Source of the DNA: Planctomycetota bacterium
GTDB taxonomy: Bacteria > Planctomycetota > UBA8108 > UBA1146
Assembly: GCA_036338595.1 (NCBI GenBank)
Contig: JAYZBV010000037.1
Span: forward strand, 32,001 to 96,000
DNA length: 64,000 nt
Direction: 5' to 3'
The notes under the pieces were generated by a model, which made no database searches, was not told the DNA's origin, and saw nothing but the letters and a program-made list of their open reading frames with translations. Of this stretch, positions 27,479 through 37,221 are shown piece after piece (the first letter of the stretch is position 1; each line of letters begins with the position of its first letter). The translations under genes were made by a program, and so were the position numbers.

Positions 27479-28080
27479 GCCAACTCCTATCGGGGTCTAT
27501 GCCCCAAAGACCTGATGCTCACGCCCCCCTCCGAGGGGACGACCGATAGAAGCTGAGGTGCAACCGTTGCACCCTGCCTCCACCGGAAAGAACTCGTGGA
27601 AAGTATGTGTGGGGAACTTCTCTTCATGCAAGCCACGTCCAGCGCGCCTGAAGAGGTGGGTCGATGACTCGACCTGGCGGGAACTCCCGACACGGATCCG
27701 CTTTCAGATCCGTGGCCAGGTCCCTGCTGATCATCCATCGATTCGCCGACACGGGCAGATGCCGTGTTCACGGAACCGACTTGCTTGTAGAGAGTGGGTT
27801 GGACCAACCCGTCCCCCAGTGTCGCCCTGCCCGGAGAGGAGAGTGCGTCGTGACGACGCGAGCGCATTCCCCTTCACCACGATGGAGTACGAGAGGTCCT
27901 ACGAAAGATCATCACTTTCCCGACCGATGTGACTCGCAAACTCCAGCGCAGTGGAAAGCACCTCCCGTTCCCCTCGGGTGATCGGTGCTCCCCGTCAACG
28001 GCGGTATACTACAGAAACACGCACCGTGTTCCATCTACTTTTTTTTTGTGCGATGCCGTCACTGGAGAAAATCAGTGCGG

Positions 28081-28120
28081 AAAAAAGAAGGGGCTTTCAC
28101 CGTGTCACGGTAAAAGCCCC
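28081..28120 (-). terminator. Rho-independent terminator
   Basis: Minus strand GGGGCTTTTACCGTG-a-CACGGTGAAAGCCCC then TTCTTTTTT, just after the stop at 28154. Confidence 0.85.
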
Positions 28121-28153
28121 CATGTTCATGCAATTTCGCTCTAAATAGTCGAA

Positions 28154-29041
28154 TCAGCGCGATGCAATCGAACTACCTAGAGACGAAACGATGGTGGAAA
28201 TCAATGTTTCCGTTTCCGGATCGACTTCGGCGGGGGTGTAGATGGAGACCAGTAGAGTCCCCTCGTTTGCCGCGACGAGTGCATGAAGACATTTTTTCTG
28301 TTGATCGGGAGAGATGCTCTCATGGATGAAGGCCGCTCTCAATGGAGCCAGCACCCATGCCCGTCCGGTACTCGACGGAGCAAAACCAACCTCTTCCAGG
28401 CGATCTCCGAGCGAGTTGGCGGCGACTTCCGGAGTCAGTTTGGTTCCCCGGTAGCGATCCAGTGCGATCAGTATCGACCCATCTTCTGATGAGATCCTTG
28501 CGGCTCCCTTGGCACTCACTGATTGCCAATCTTCAGGCACATCCAGAGCCAGTCCCAGCCCATCGAGTTGAGCCGTACGAAAGACCGTCAACTCGGGATC
28601 GACTGTAGCCACCTCCACGACATCGGATTCCAGCGCCTCGCTGAGCTCGGTACTGCCGTCGCCCTGAGTCAACTCAACCGCGTCCGACGGGTCATCGGTA
28701 GATGGCCCCACATCGGCAGAAGCACTCGGCAGAAGTTCAGCAAGTTCAGGCAACTGGATGTGTGTGATTCCAGCAGTTGTCTTCAGGGGTGGCTGGGCAT
28801 CGAGCCGGCGAGCCAGATATTCCTTTTCGGAAGTCTCCAGCACCACCTCGGAGATGAAGCGGCGATAGAAGGTCGCCCTTCCATTGGCCCAGGTCAGGAT
28901 CACCTTCTCGTCATCGCTCGCGATGACCTTGCCGCTGATGACGTGGCCATTCTTGAGGAACACCGTGCCACCTTCTGCAGGGACGGTCGGGATCACCAAC
29001 AACAAGGAGACCAGTCCAAGTAGGAATGTGTACTTTTTCAT
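28154..29041 (-). CDS. Secreted hypothetical protein with N-terminal LKNG beta-domain
   Basis: Signal peptide, TVFLKNGHVISGKVI, acidic linker, C-terminal alpha/beta domain (LDVPEDW); ATGA overlap. Confidence 0.75.
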   Translation of the reverse strand: MKKYTFLLGLVSLLLVIPTVPAEGGTVFLKNGHVISGKVIASDDEKVILTWANGRATFYRRFISEVVLETSEKEYLARRLDAQPPLKTTAGITHIQLPELAELLPSASADVGPSTDDPSDAVELTQGDGSTELSEALESDVVEVATVDPELTVFRTAQLDGLGLALDVPEDWQSVSAKGAARISSEDGSILIALDRYRGTKLTPEVAANSLGDRLEEVGFAPSSTGRAWVLAPLRAAFIHESISPDQQKKCLHALVAANEGTLLVSIYTPAEVDPETETLISTIVSSLGSSIASR

Positions 29042-29691
29042 CGACTTTTCGCTCCAATTCCTTGCTGGTGCTGATCGATCACATCGTCAACCCAGTTTTC
29101 GAACTCGGCCACAGCAGCAGGGCTCACCGAATCATCGGTCACGGGACCCATCTTCCCCCACGGGAAGAAGAGCAGCACTGCGCCGAGCAGAAGCGACGCT
29201 GCGATCACACCTGGCTTCCAGTGCTCGATGGCAAGTTCACGAGCCTGTTCGGCCAACTCGCGGGCACGCTCCCCGATTTCACGAGCCCTGTCGATGACGC
29301 GATGCGTCACCTTCAGGAGTTCATCCTTGTAGGAGGGGTCAGAGCCTTCGACGAGGCTGGTGATATCCTCGACACTTTCAACATCGGGGAGATCGTCGAT
29401 CAGATGAGCGGTGATCTCCGGGAGGTCATCCAGTTCGGTGCATTGCTCCTCACCGGGTCTCACCGACAGCAATACAGGAATATCCTGATCGTCCTCGATG
29501 GTTTCATCGTCATCGAGGAACACGATGACATCATCCTCATGTAGTTGATTCAGATCGACGAGGTCCGTATCGGGAGTGACGACCTCCGTCTCCTCGACCG
29601 GATCCTTCACGGATCCAGGAACAGGGGACGTGGTGGCAGACTCCTCGATCAGGTCCTCCTCGGTGGCTGATTTCAATTTGTCTTCATTCAT
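29038..29691 (-). CDS. Highly acidic membrane-anchored hypothetical protein
   Basis: D/E-rich N-terminus, RARE(I/L) helical repeats, single TM; overlaps the next gene. Confidence 0.7.
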   Translation of the reverse strand: MNEDKLKSATEEDLIEESATTSPVPGSVKDPVEETEVVTPDTDLVDLNQLHEDDVIVFLDDDETIEDDQDIPVLLSVRPGEEQCTELDDLPEITAHLIDDLPDVESVEDITSLVEGSDPSYKDELLKVTHRVIDRAREIGERARELAEQARELAIEHWKPGVIAASLLLGAVLLFFPWGKMGPVTDDSVSPAAVAEFENWVDDVIDQHQQGIGAKSR

Positions 29692-29802
29692 CGGCAATTT
29701 CCCTACTTGTTACCTGGCCAACCACCCACCGGGCGGGGGGATGGTCCACGCTAAAGAGTAGGATGAGATCGAGGATGGTGCCAAATGGGCCCGGAAACCG
29801 TG

Positions 29803-30387
29803 TCAGGAGCTGGATACGAGGTCCTCGGAGAGTTCGTGATCCGCAACAACCGGACCCAGGGTCGGAGCCGCATGAAGTGGTTTTCCGCAACTGCGGCAAC
29901 TGCCAGGCTCCAGATCAACACTGCCGCACAGGCGACAGAATCTTGTCAACAGCCCCTGGAGATCGAGCAGCCAGCGAACCTGCTGCCCGGTCAGAGCGCC
30001 TTGACGAACCAGCACCTCGCCGATGCGAAAACGAAGACCGATCCTACGAAGTTGTGCCTGTTCCCGGACAGCCGACTCCAGTTGATCGAGAGTGATCCAG
30101 CCTCGATCTCTCGCCAGGCGACCCAGTGAACCATCCTCGGATCGGCGCCGTCGCCCATCTCCGACTCTCGTCCTGAGGTGATCCCTGGTCATCTTGAGCA
30201 CACAGTTGGCCACACTCATGGCCAGCGCACCACTTCGGATCAGAACCTCCAGCAACTCTCTCGCCCCCGGGTCTCTCGGGCAGCAAAGAAGTGCCTCAGC
30301 GATGTGATCATCCTCGATCCAGCCCCGAAGGCGCAGGATTCGCACTGCCATCATCAGATCCGGTGCTCGAGTCGAGGCGCTTGGCAT
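29803..30387 (-). CDS. MshEN-like repeat protein with C-terminal zinc ribbon
   Basis: SLGRLARDRGWITLDQLESAVREQ...RIGEVLVRQGALT; CRLC...CRSC; start estimated at ATG 30387 after GAGGGAG. Confidence 0.72.
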   Translation of the reverse strand: MPSASTRAPDLMMAVRILRLRGWIEDDHIAEALLCCPRDPGARELLEVLIRSGALAMSVANCVLKMTRDHLRTRVGDGRRRRSEDGSLGRLARDRGWITLDQLESAVREQAQLRRIGLRFRIGEVLVRQGALTGQQVRWLLDLQGLLTRFCRLCGSVDLEPGSCRSCGKPLHAAPTLGPVVADHELSEDLVSSS

Positions 30388-31582
30388 CTGAGGCTCCCTC
30401 CAGTTCTTCGACCAGCGACAGGATGATCGAATCGAGGACCTCGAAGCCCAGATCAGTGATCCGGACCCTGTCCTCCTCATGAAGAAGCAAACCCCGCCGC
30501 TCGAATCTGCGCAAACTGGACTCACAGATGTGCTCGAGGGAAAATCCAGTTGCGGCACGAATCTCGGCCAGATCGAGCCCTGAAACCAACCTCGCCTGGA
30601 GCATGATCGTTTCCACTGCAGCAGTGATCCGGTCAGGAACTTCCTGGTCTACCCGTTTCGGTGAGCCTCCTGATTCGATGTATGAGGTGACATTTGCGAG
30701 GTTTTTCCACCGTTTGCCCTCATGAAAAGAGGCCGCACCGCTGCCGATGCCCAGGTAGGTGCCACGCTGCCAGTAGTTGAGATTGTGAAGGGATTCTCCT
30801 CCTCGCTTGTACAGATTGGAAACCTCGTATCTCCGATATCCCTGGTCGGTCAAGCCGGATAAGAACTGCCTTGCACGATCGATGCACTGCTCATCTTGTA
30901 ACGGATCGATGTCTCCCCTGCTTCGCATCTTATCGAGCCAGGTTCCGCGTTCGTAACTGAGATGGTAGAGACTGATATGGTCTGGATCGATCTGCTCCAC
31001 TGCAGCAAGATCTGCGATCACCGATGGCTCATCCTGGCCAGGCCAGCCGACAATCAGGTCAAGATTGGTTCTGGGGACGCCGAGACGGTGCATCATCTGA
31101 TGAACCTCGATCACCCTGGAAGCATCGTGTTGCCTGCCGAGAAGCGAGAGTCCTTTCTCGTCAAAGGTCTGAGCACCGGTGCTGATTCGATCCACGCCGA
31201 ATTGAAGGGCTACCTCCAACTTCTTCTCATCGATGGACTCCGGATTGGTTTCCACGGTCCATTCGCTCAACCCCGCACCGAAATGATCTCCCAGTGCCTG
31301 CAACAGGTCGCTCCAGGAATCATCGTCGAGGGCACTGGGTGTCCCCCCTCCGATGAAGATGGTACGTGGCTTGAACCCCGTCACAGCGATCGATTCGATC
31401 TCCTTGATGAGGACCTGGGTGTACTTGCGAGTCACTGGAGGACTGAGGGATGCAACATGGAAGTCACAATATGTGCACCGAACTCTACAGAAAGGCACAT
31501 GCACATAGAGCCCCGGAGAGTAGCTCTCGTGGCGAATCGCTTCGATTCCTGTCTCCCTCCGATTGGTGGATCTCGCAGTCAT
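30308..31582 (-). CDS. hemW: Radical SAM heme chaperone HemW (HemN-like)
   Basis: YVHVPFCRVRCTYCDF, IFIGGGTPS, ETNP, YEVSN, HNLNYW, YLGIGSGA. Confidence 0.9.
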   Translation of the reverse strand: MTARSTNRRETGIEAIRHESYSPGLYVHVPFCRVRCTYCDFHVASLSPPVTRKYTQVLIKEIESIAVTGFKPRTIFIGGGTPSALDDDSWSDLLQALGDHFGAGLSEWTVETNPESIDEKKLEVALQFGVDRISTGAQTFDEKGLSLLGRQHDASRVIEVHQMMHRLGVPRTNLDLIVGWPGQDEPSVIADLAAVEQIDPDHISLYHLSYERGTWLDKMRSRGDIDPLQDEQCIDRARQFLSGLTDQGYRRYEVSNLYKRGGESLHNLNYWQRGTYLGIGSGAASFHEGKRWKNLANVTSYIESGGSPKRVDQEVPDRITAAVETIMLQARLVSGLDLAEIRAATGFSLEHICESSLRRFERRGLLLHEEDRVRITDLGFEVLDSIILSLVEELEGASDAKRLDSSTGSDDGSANPAPSGLDRG

Positions 31583-31703
31583 TCTGTATCCTTATTCGAG
31601 GTCTCTCCCTGGATCCTACCCTCGACGCGACTCGGGGGCATCTGGCTCTCAGGACCTCCGGCCTCTGTCGGCCGCTGACGACGGATGAAGCGGGAGTCTT
31701 GAC

Positions 31704-34634
31704 ATGAGTAGCCTTCGTGGACATCTCGAGCACTTTGGTCTTCAGGAGTTGTTGCAGACCCTGTCCCATGGAGCTCGTACCGGCACGCTTCAGATCGAAC
31801 GCAACGACGAGAAGGTGTCGATCGTGTTCGAAACTGGCCACATCACGGTGGTTCGAACCGGCTCCTCAAGCCACATCCGCTTCCGCAGTATCTTGCTACG
31901 GGGAGGGATTGTTTCGGAAGCAGATCTTCTCCAGGCACGTAAAGATCAGGAAGAAACCGGAATGCTGCTCGGCAGGGCGCTCATCGAACGAGGAATCATC
32001 GATGATGCGCAGCTCTCCCAGGCACTTCGCCTCAAGGTGGAGGAGGAACTGTTTGATCTGTTCCTGTGGGAAAGCGGTACCTTCGAATTCTTCCCGAAGT
32101 TGATCCAGTCCACGGCCGAGGATGACATTCACCAGGTCACAAGGATTCAGGTCGATCCGATGTCGGTGATCATCGAAGGTCTCAGACAGGCGGACGAGTG
32201 GAAGGTCATTCGTGATCGAATCCAGGACCTGCACTGGATCCTGGTGCCGGTCGATGGAACACCTGCCCCTGCAGAATCTCATTCTCTCTACAAGTTGGTA
32301 GATGGGCATCGAAGCACAGATGAAGTGCTCGCACTCGCAAGTTCAACTCGGTTCGACACCTGCTCGGTACTCTATCGATTCATCGAAGAAGGCAAACTTC
32401 GCGAAGCCACTCATGGAGAGATGCTCAAGGAGGCCCGGGCGCGTGTACAAGACCGGCCCGCCTCATCACTTTGCCTTTACGAATCTCTCATCGAGCGTGC
32501 CGGATCCTCGATGGGACACACGCTACTGGAAGAGGCTGCAGATTGCGCAGCTCACCACGATCCGTCGGCACAGGCTGACTTCATCCGTCAAGCAGTGGAG
32601 ATTCTCAGGAGCCACGGAGATGGTCCGGGCGCATGGATTCGCCTTCAACGGTTACTGGTGCTGGCACCAGGTTCTCTTGAGGATCTGCTCGGGGCCTGGT
32701 CATTGCGCGAGTACATCCCGACCCGCCGTGTGCTGACGCTTCTCGACGAATTGACGAAGGCCCTTCGTCGTGCGGGCGAATATCGACAGTTGAGTTCCAT
32801 CCTGCGAGATGCTGAGCCGCTCCGAGGAACGGAGCCCAGCTACTGGCTGCAACTGGGAGAGGCACTGCAGCGATGCAAGGATCCGGAAGCAGAGGTCTAC
32901 CTCGCCCGAGCCATCCAGATCTCTGACAAGAAGGAACCAGAGGTCGCACTGCGTGCGGAGCGGATGCTCCGGGACCTGAACTCCGACCTCGCGCTCGGGG
33001 ATGAGGATGTCGAACAGTTACGGCAACGCAGAACCGACATCGATAGCCATAGAAAATTACGGCGCGGCGTCGTTCTGGGCGCTGCAGGACTCCTGTTTGC
33101 CCTCTGCTTGCTGCAAGTTTCCTCCGAGTGGAGGGCGAGAGGTCTGCTATCAGCAGCCCGCTCGATAGAGGCGAGCGGAAATGGAATCTCGGGCATGAAA
33201 AGTGCTGCGATCGCATTCGAGAGAGTTTCCAGGGAACACCCATGGACCTTTGCTGGCAATAATGGTGCTCGATCGAGCGACAGGCTGAGAGATTCCATTC
33301 AGCAGCAACAACATTCGGACCAACGTGCGCAAACAGCTGACCTCCAGATGCAACGAACAAAAAGGCTAGAAAAGTTGATGCTGGTCAGGAAGTCGATCCG
33401 AGAATCTCAAGCATTCAGAAAACAGGGCGACGTCATCGCCGCGAGAAAAATACTGGATGCCATCGACCCCGAAGCTCTCGATGTCCTGCCCGAGATCGAG
33501 TTCAACAGCATCCAGGTGCCAGTACTGATCGAAAGTCGTCCCATCGGAGCCCGCGTTCTCAATTCGATGAAGAAATTCGTCGGCATCACACCGACCATCG
33601 TGGATGTCCCTCTCGGTGATGAACTGAAGTTCTTCGTCGAGCGACCCGGTTGTCGGACCAAGTCGATCCAACTGTCAGGATCCTCCCCCGCCACGGTCGC
33701 TGTAGCACTTGTGCGAGGGCCGCTCCGAACCTACACACTTCCAGGCCCGGTTCAGCAGGCGGCGCTTGCAGGCGATTCGTTGGTACTGGCCGGAAGAGAC
33801 GGCCAGGTTCGCATCGTCGATGTAAACCAGCTCAGTTCCATCGGTGAACACGTCATCGGTATCGAAGGACATCCAACACCGATACTGATCGAGCAAAACG
33901 GAATCGTACTCGCCGTGCCCTATTCCGGCAGGCCCGTGATCGTCAGGGCGGATGGAAAGGTTCGGCCCTTTGGACCCGCGGCCAAGGCCCCCTGGTCTGC
34001 AGCGTGTGGCCTCGACCGTGGTTGGGTGCTGGCCGATGTCGAGGGGCGGGTGATCCATCTCGACTCTCGAGGCAAGACTCGCTGGGAATACAACTGTAAT
34101 GCCCCGGTGGCTCTGCTGGGCTCGTCCGCCGAAGGCCAGCTCTATGTCATCGACGCGGCTCGTTTCCAGCATCGAATCGGTACCGATGGGAAGCAGGTCG
34201 GAAGCGCGGTCAGGCTCCCTGGAGAAGCGATGCATTTGCTCCCCGATGGAAGAGCGCTTCTTCACGACGGGCGCATGTGGAAACCAGGATCGATGTCGCT
34301 CGGGCCCGCTCCCTCGACCACCCTCAGGCATGAAGGACCGCGCAGCCTCTACGGAACGGAAAATGGCTGGGCTGTCTTCGCCGGTTCGTCCACCGAGGAG
34401 CATCAGAGTCCCTCGGCAGCTGCTTGCGCACCGCTTGAGTCCAGCAGCGGCGATGGTGCGACATGGATCGCCGGCGTGGATGGCATCTTGCGGCTGCATG
34501 ATTCGAACGGCGAAATTGCCAGCGAGGTAGAACTGGGTGCGACCGCTATTGATCTTCAACGCAGCGAGCAAGGCAGGATTTTGGTCACGCTCTCCGACGG
34601 AAGACTCTGCGATGTGGAGGAACTGAAACGATGA
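31704..34634 (+). CDS. Large membrane signalling-type protein: DUF4388/PATAN-like, MshEN-like, helical/TPR, TM, PEGA-like, beta-propeller
   Basis: SLRGHLEHFGLQELLQ...TGTL; LLGRALIERG; LFLWESGTFEF; EGLRQADEW; one TM; IESRPIGARV..VGITP; propeller-like repeats. Confidence 0.78.
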   Translation: MSSLRGHLEHFGLQELLQTLSHGARTGTLQIERNDEKVSIVFETGHITVVRTGSSSHIRFRSILLRGGIVSEADLLQARKDQEETGMLLGRALIERGIIDDAQLSQALRLKVEEELFDLFLWESGTFEFFPKLIQSTAEDDIHQVTRIQVDPMSVIIEGLRQADEWKVIRDRIQDLHWILVPVDGTPAPAESHSLYKLVDGHRSTDEVLALASSTRFDTCSVLYRFIEEGKLREATHGEMLKEARARVQDRPASSLCLYESLIERAGSSMGHTLLEEAADCAAHHDPSAQADFIRQAVEILRSHGDGPGAWIRLQRLLVLAPGSLEDLLGAWSLREYIPTRRVLTLLDELTKALRRAGEYRQLSSILRDAEPLRGTEPSYWLQLGEALQRCKDPEAEVYLARAIQISDKKEPEVALRAERMLRDLNSDLALGDEDVEQLRQRRTDIDSHRKLRRGVVLGAAGLLFALCLLQVSSEWRARGLLSAARSIEASGNGISGMKSAAIAFERVSREHPWTFAGNNGARSSDRLRDSIQQQQHSDQRAQTADLQMQRTKRLEKLMLVRKSIRESQAFRKQGDVIAARKILDAIDPEALDVLPEIEFNSIQVPVLIESRPIGARVLNSMKKFVGITPTIVDVPLGDELKFFVERPGCRTKSIQLSGSSPATVAVALVRGPLRTYTLPGPVQQAALAGDSLVLAGRDGQVRIVDVNQLSSIGEHVIGIEGHPTPILIEQNGIVLAVPYSGRPVIVRADGKVRPFGPAAKAPWSAACGLDRGWVLADVEGRVIHLDSRGKTRWEYNCNAPVALLGSSAEGQLYVIDAARFQHRIGTDGKQVGSAVRLPGEAMHLLPDGRALLHDGRMWKPGSMSLGPAPSTTLRHEGPRSLYGTENGWAVFAGSSTEEHQSPSAAACAPLESSSGDGATWIAGVDGILRLHDSNGEIASEVELGATAIDLQRSEQGRILVTLSDGRLCDVEELKR

Positions 34635-35524
34635 TCTCCACTACCCTTCTGACCATTGCAATACTGGCTTCCGTGGGAGGCTCCGAACTGGTGACCCCAG
34701 ATGAACTGGCTCTCCACCGTGGACATCTGATCCATCTTCAGGGACGAACCGGTGATCGAATCGGCAATCAGATACAAATCGCCGGTTACGATGAGATGGT
34801 CGCGGTACCAGAGGGAGTCAAGATCCCTCGGCGAGGCACCAGAGACAGACCATACCTGCTGGATATCTGGTTGCTCCAGCAGGAGCAGAGTTTGACGATC
34901 ACACAGGCCACCCCAGTCAACTCATGGCAGCAGTGCCTCGACTACCATCTGGCTCGTCTCGCAACAGCCACTGCTTCTGATCAAGAAGCGATCCTGAACT
35001 TCCTTCTGAGGGAAGCACCTCGAAATGGACGAGCACAACTGTGGCTCACGCTCGAGAAGGTCACAGAAGATCCAGCGACGTGGATCCGACTCGGAGGCCA
35101 GTTCCTTTCCGGCACCGATGTTCTGAGCGAGACGATCCACCGTCTCTCTCTCCAATCGGTCGCTCTTGGACAGGAGATGTTCCTGCAAGAAGGAGTGTGG
35201 CTCTCGAAGCCAGATTTCTACCGCTTGAATCAACTGACCGAAATCGAGGGGCATGCGGTGGTGGCTTCGCGGCACTCCCTGGAACAGACCACGGCAGGGA
35301 ATCTGGATCAAATCCTCACTCTGTCGAAGAAGGAGACTCTGGCCAGGGACATCCGGCCTGGAGCCAGCAGAAGGGCCGTGGTGGCGCTACACGGGAATCC
35401 AGGTGAAGTGACCTGGATCCAGATGGAGGGGCATTTCATCGAGGAATGGACCTACAGTGACAAGTTGATGCGCATCATCGATGGCCGTGTCTTCGAGGTC
35501 GTCACTACAGATCATCGGCAGTAG
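34631..35524 (+). CDS. Exported hypothetical protein
   Basis: ATGA overlap, signal-like N-terminus, C-terminal G.S...V....GNP...EEWTY (SmpA-like) motif. Confidence 0.65.
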   Translation: MISTTLLTIAILASVGGSELVTPDELALHRGHLIHLQGRTGDRIGNQIQIAGYDEMVAVPEGVKIPRRGTRDRPYLLDIWLLQQEQSLTITQATPVNSWQQCLDYHLARLATATASDQEAILNFLLREAPRNGRAQLWLTLEKVTEDPATWIRLGGQFLSGTDVLSETIHRLSLQSVALGQEMFLQEGVWLSKPDFYRLNQLTEIEGHAVVASRHSLEQTTAGNLDQILTLSKKETLARDIRPGASRRAVVALHGNPGEVTWIQMEGHFIEEWTYSDKLMRIIDGRVFEVVTTDHRQ

Positions 35525-35541
35525 CGCTCAACCGGAGAGGA

Positions 35542-36594
35542 TCACTCTCCCTCGCCATCTTCATCGGCGTCCCCATCATGAATCACCGGCAAATCCAGTG
35601 GCATGTTTTCTCCTCCACTGCTGGGGCTTGATTCTGGCTCGTCCGGATCAAAGGGAGTACCTGGAAGCTGCGGATCCTGCTCTACAGGTTTGCGTACAGT
35701 TCCCAATCTAGCGCGTGGCAGTGGAGCGACTCCCTCCTCGACAACCCGCGCTGCATGGAACATCAGGCCTCCCCTACCCGAGACCTCGACCATCTCGCCC
35801 TGGCGCAGGGGAAGTGGAATCGTCTCACCTCGAATCACTTCCACATCGCCTTCCCAGACCCGAACCTCGGTGTGACCTCGACTGGCCCACCGTCTCATCT
35901 CGAAGAGCGTTCCGGTGACACGAATCTGTAATTCCTCGGTGATAACAAGGAAGCCTCTCCCCTCCGGCTCGACATCGAAGCGAGCCAGGCCATCTTCGAG
36001 GAGCACCGAGTCGTTGGACAGTATGGTGACCTTGGCCCCCACTCCGAATCTGACACTTCGTCCGTTCGGATCATCGATCCACACCTCGCCCTGCTGGCAG
36101 GACACCGTCTGCCCAGGCCCCATCAACACACTGGCGATTCCAGTACGAAGCCGGATCTGTTCCTCGTCCAGTTCCACCACGCTCTGCTCAGCAATGGTTC
36201 GAAGCACGAACACGGAATCGAAAGCGGATTCCTTTCCCGACGGGACCCACCACCAGGCGAGCAATGAGATGAACGCCAGTAGCGTGAGAACCACCGCTGC
36301 AAATCTGGGTGCAGCCCGCTCAGCGGCAAGGGACACTTCCATCGGTTCGCGCTCTGAAATCAACTGGCCCGGTTCCAGACTCCCGACCAGCAACTGATCG
36401 ATTTCACCGACAACCTCGTCAAATCCCAGGTCCAGAACATCCATTCCGGAAAGAAATTGCTCATGCCATGCCCTGCAATCGCCGCAGCGATCCAGATGGG
36501 CTTCCAGAATCTCTGTCCGTTCCGGAGTCAGTTCATGATCCTCCGAAAGAGAGATCCAACGCCGGATCAGTTCGCAATCCTGTTGGGAACTCAT
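35542..36594 (-). CDS. Anti-sigma factor: zinc-binding ZAS domain, TM, FecR-like domain
   Basis: HLDRCGDC, TM, LEDGLARFDV..F.V....IRVTGTLF..V.EGDV; ATGA overlap with the sigma gene. Confidence 0.85.
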   Translation of the reverse strand: MSSQQDCELIRRWISLSEDHELTPERTEILEAHLDRCGDCRAWHEQFLSGMDVLDLGFDEVVGEIDQLLVGSLEPGQLISEREPMEVSLAAERAAPRFAAVVLTLLAFISLLAWWWVPSGKESAFDSVFVLRTIAEQSVVELDEEQIRLRTGIASVLMGPGQTVSCQQGEVWIDDPNGRSVRFGVGAKVTILSNDSVLLEDGLARFDVEPEGRGFLVITEELQIRVTGTLFEMRRWASRGHTEVRVWEGDVEVIRGETIPLPLRQGEMVEVSGRGGLMFHAARVVEEGVAPLPRARLGTVRKPVEQDPQLPGTPFDPDEPESSPSSGGENMPLDLPVIHDGDADEDGEGE

Positions 36595-37157
36595 CGAGAG
36601 TCCAATCCATCTCCATCGAGCAACTTCAACTTCTCTGCGAGTGCCTGGCGAGCTCGAAACAATCGAGATTCTACACCCTTGGCGGTGGTTCCAAGCAAGC
36701 GCGCAATGTCCCTGTACGACCGTCCCTGGTCATGCTTGAGTAGCAACACTTCCCTGTAGTCCGCCGGGAGTTCGTCGATGATCTCTCGAATGCGGAGAGA
36801 GCGTTCCTTTCTCTCCAGCATCTCCGGCGGCCCCGGTGCTCTGTGAGCATCTCGGTCCTCGTCAAGGGGAGCAATTTCTGGCGCCTTGCGTTTCCTGTGA
36901 CGTAACAGATCCAGCGCTCGTGTTCTGACGATCTGCATGAACCATGCGGAAAATCGGTTGTCCTCTCGCAAACTCGAGAGTCGTTGCCACGCCTTCAGGT
37001 AGGAATCCTGCACAGCATCTGCAGCAAGATGGGTATCGCCCAGGATTCCGTAAGCGACGCTCGCTGCTGCACCCTGGTGCAGCGCAATCAGTTGCGAGAA
37101 GGCCTCTCGATCTCCTTCACGAGCAGAGGCAACCAGGTTGGCGATTTCCGGACTCAT
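36591..37157 (-). CDS. ECF RNA polymerase sigma factor
   Basis: GDREAFSQL, AADAVQD, FSAW, LPADYREV, SYRDIA..LG..VESRLFRAR. Confidence 0.93.
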   Translation of the reverse strand: MSPEIANLVASAREGDREAFSQLIALHQGAAASVAYGILGDTHLAADAVQDSYLKAWQRLSSLREDNRFSAWFMQIVRTRALDLLRHRKRKAPEIAPLDEDRDAHRAPGPPEMLERKERSLRIREIIDELPADYREVLLLKHDQGRSYRDIARLLGTTAKGVESRLFRARQALAEKLKLLDGDGLDSR

Positions 37158-37221
37158 TCCTGAATCTCCAGCACGGTCGACCCATCCAGTAGGACGCTTG
37201 AAAGATCAACATCCCTCACGC

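Noticed and set aside
26702..27556. Leu/Phe-rich and Arg-rich ORFs overlapping the histone-like gene
   Set aside because: Antisense or alternative-frame shadows of the Lys/Ala repeat; only the 27478 start has a clear RBS and typical codon use.
5577..28010. Assigning the structured intergenic regions to tmRNA, RNase P or SRP RNA
   Set aside because: I saw no tRNA-like ends, GAGGAAAGUCC or SRP helix-8 motifs; left unassigned pending Rfam search.
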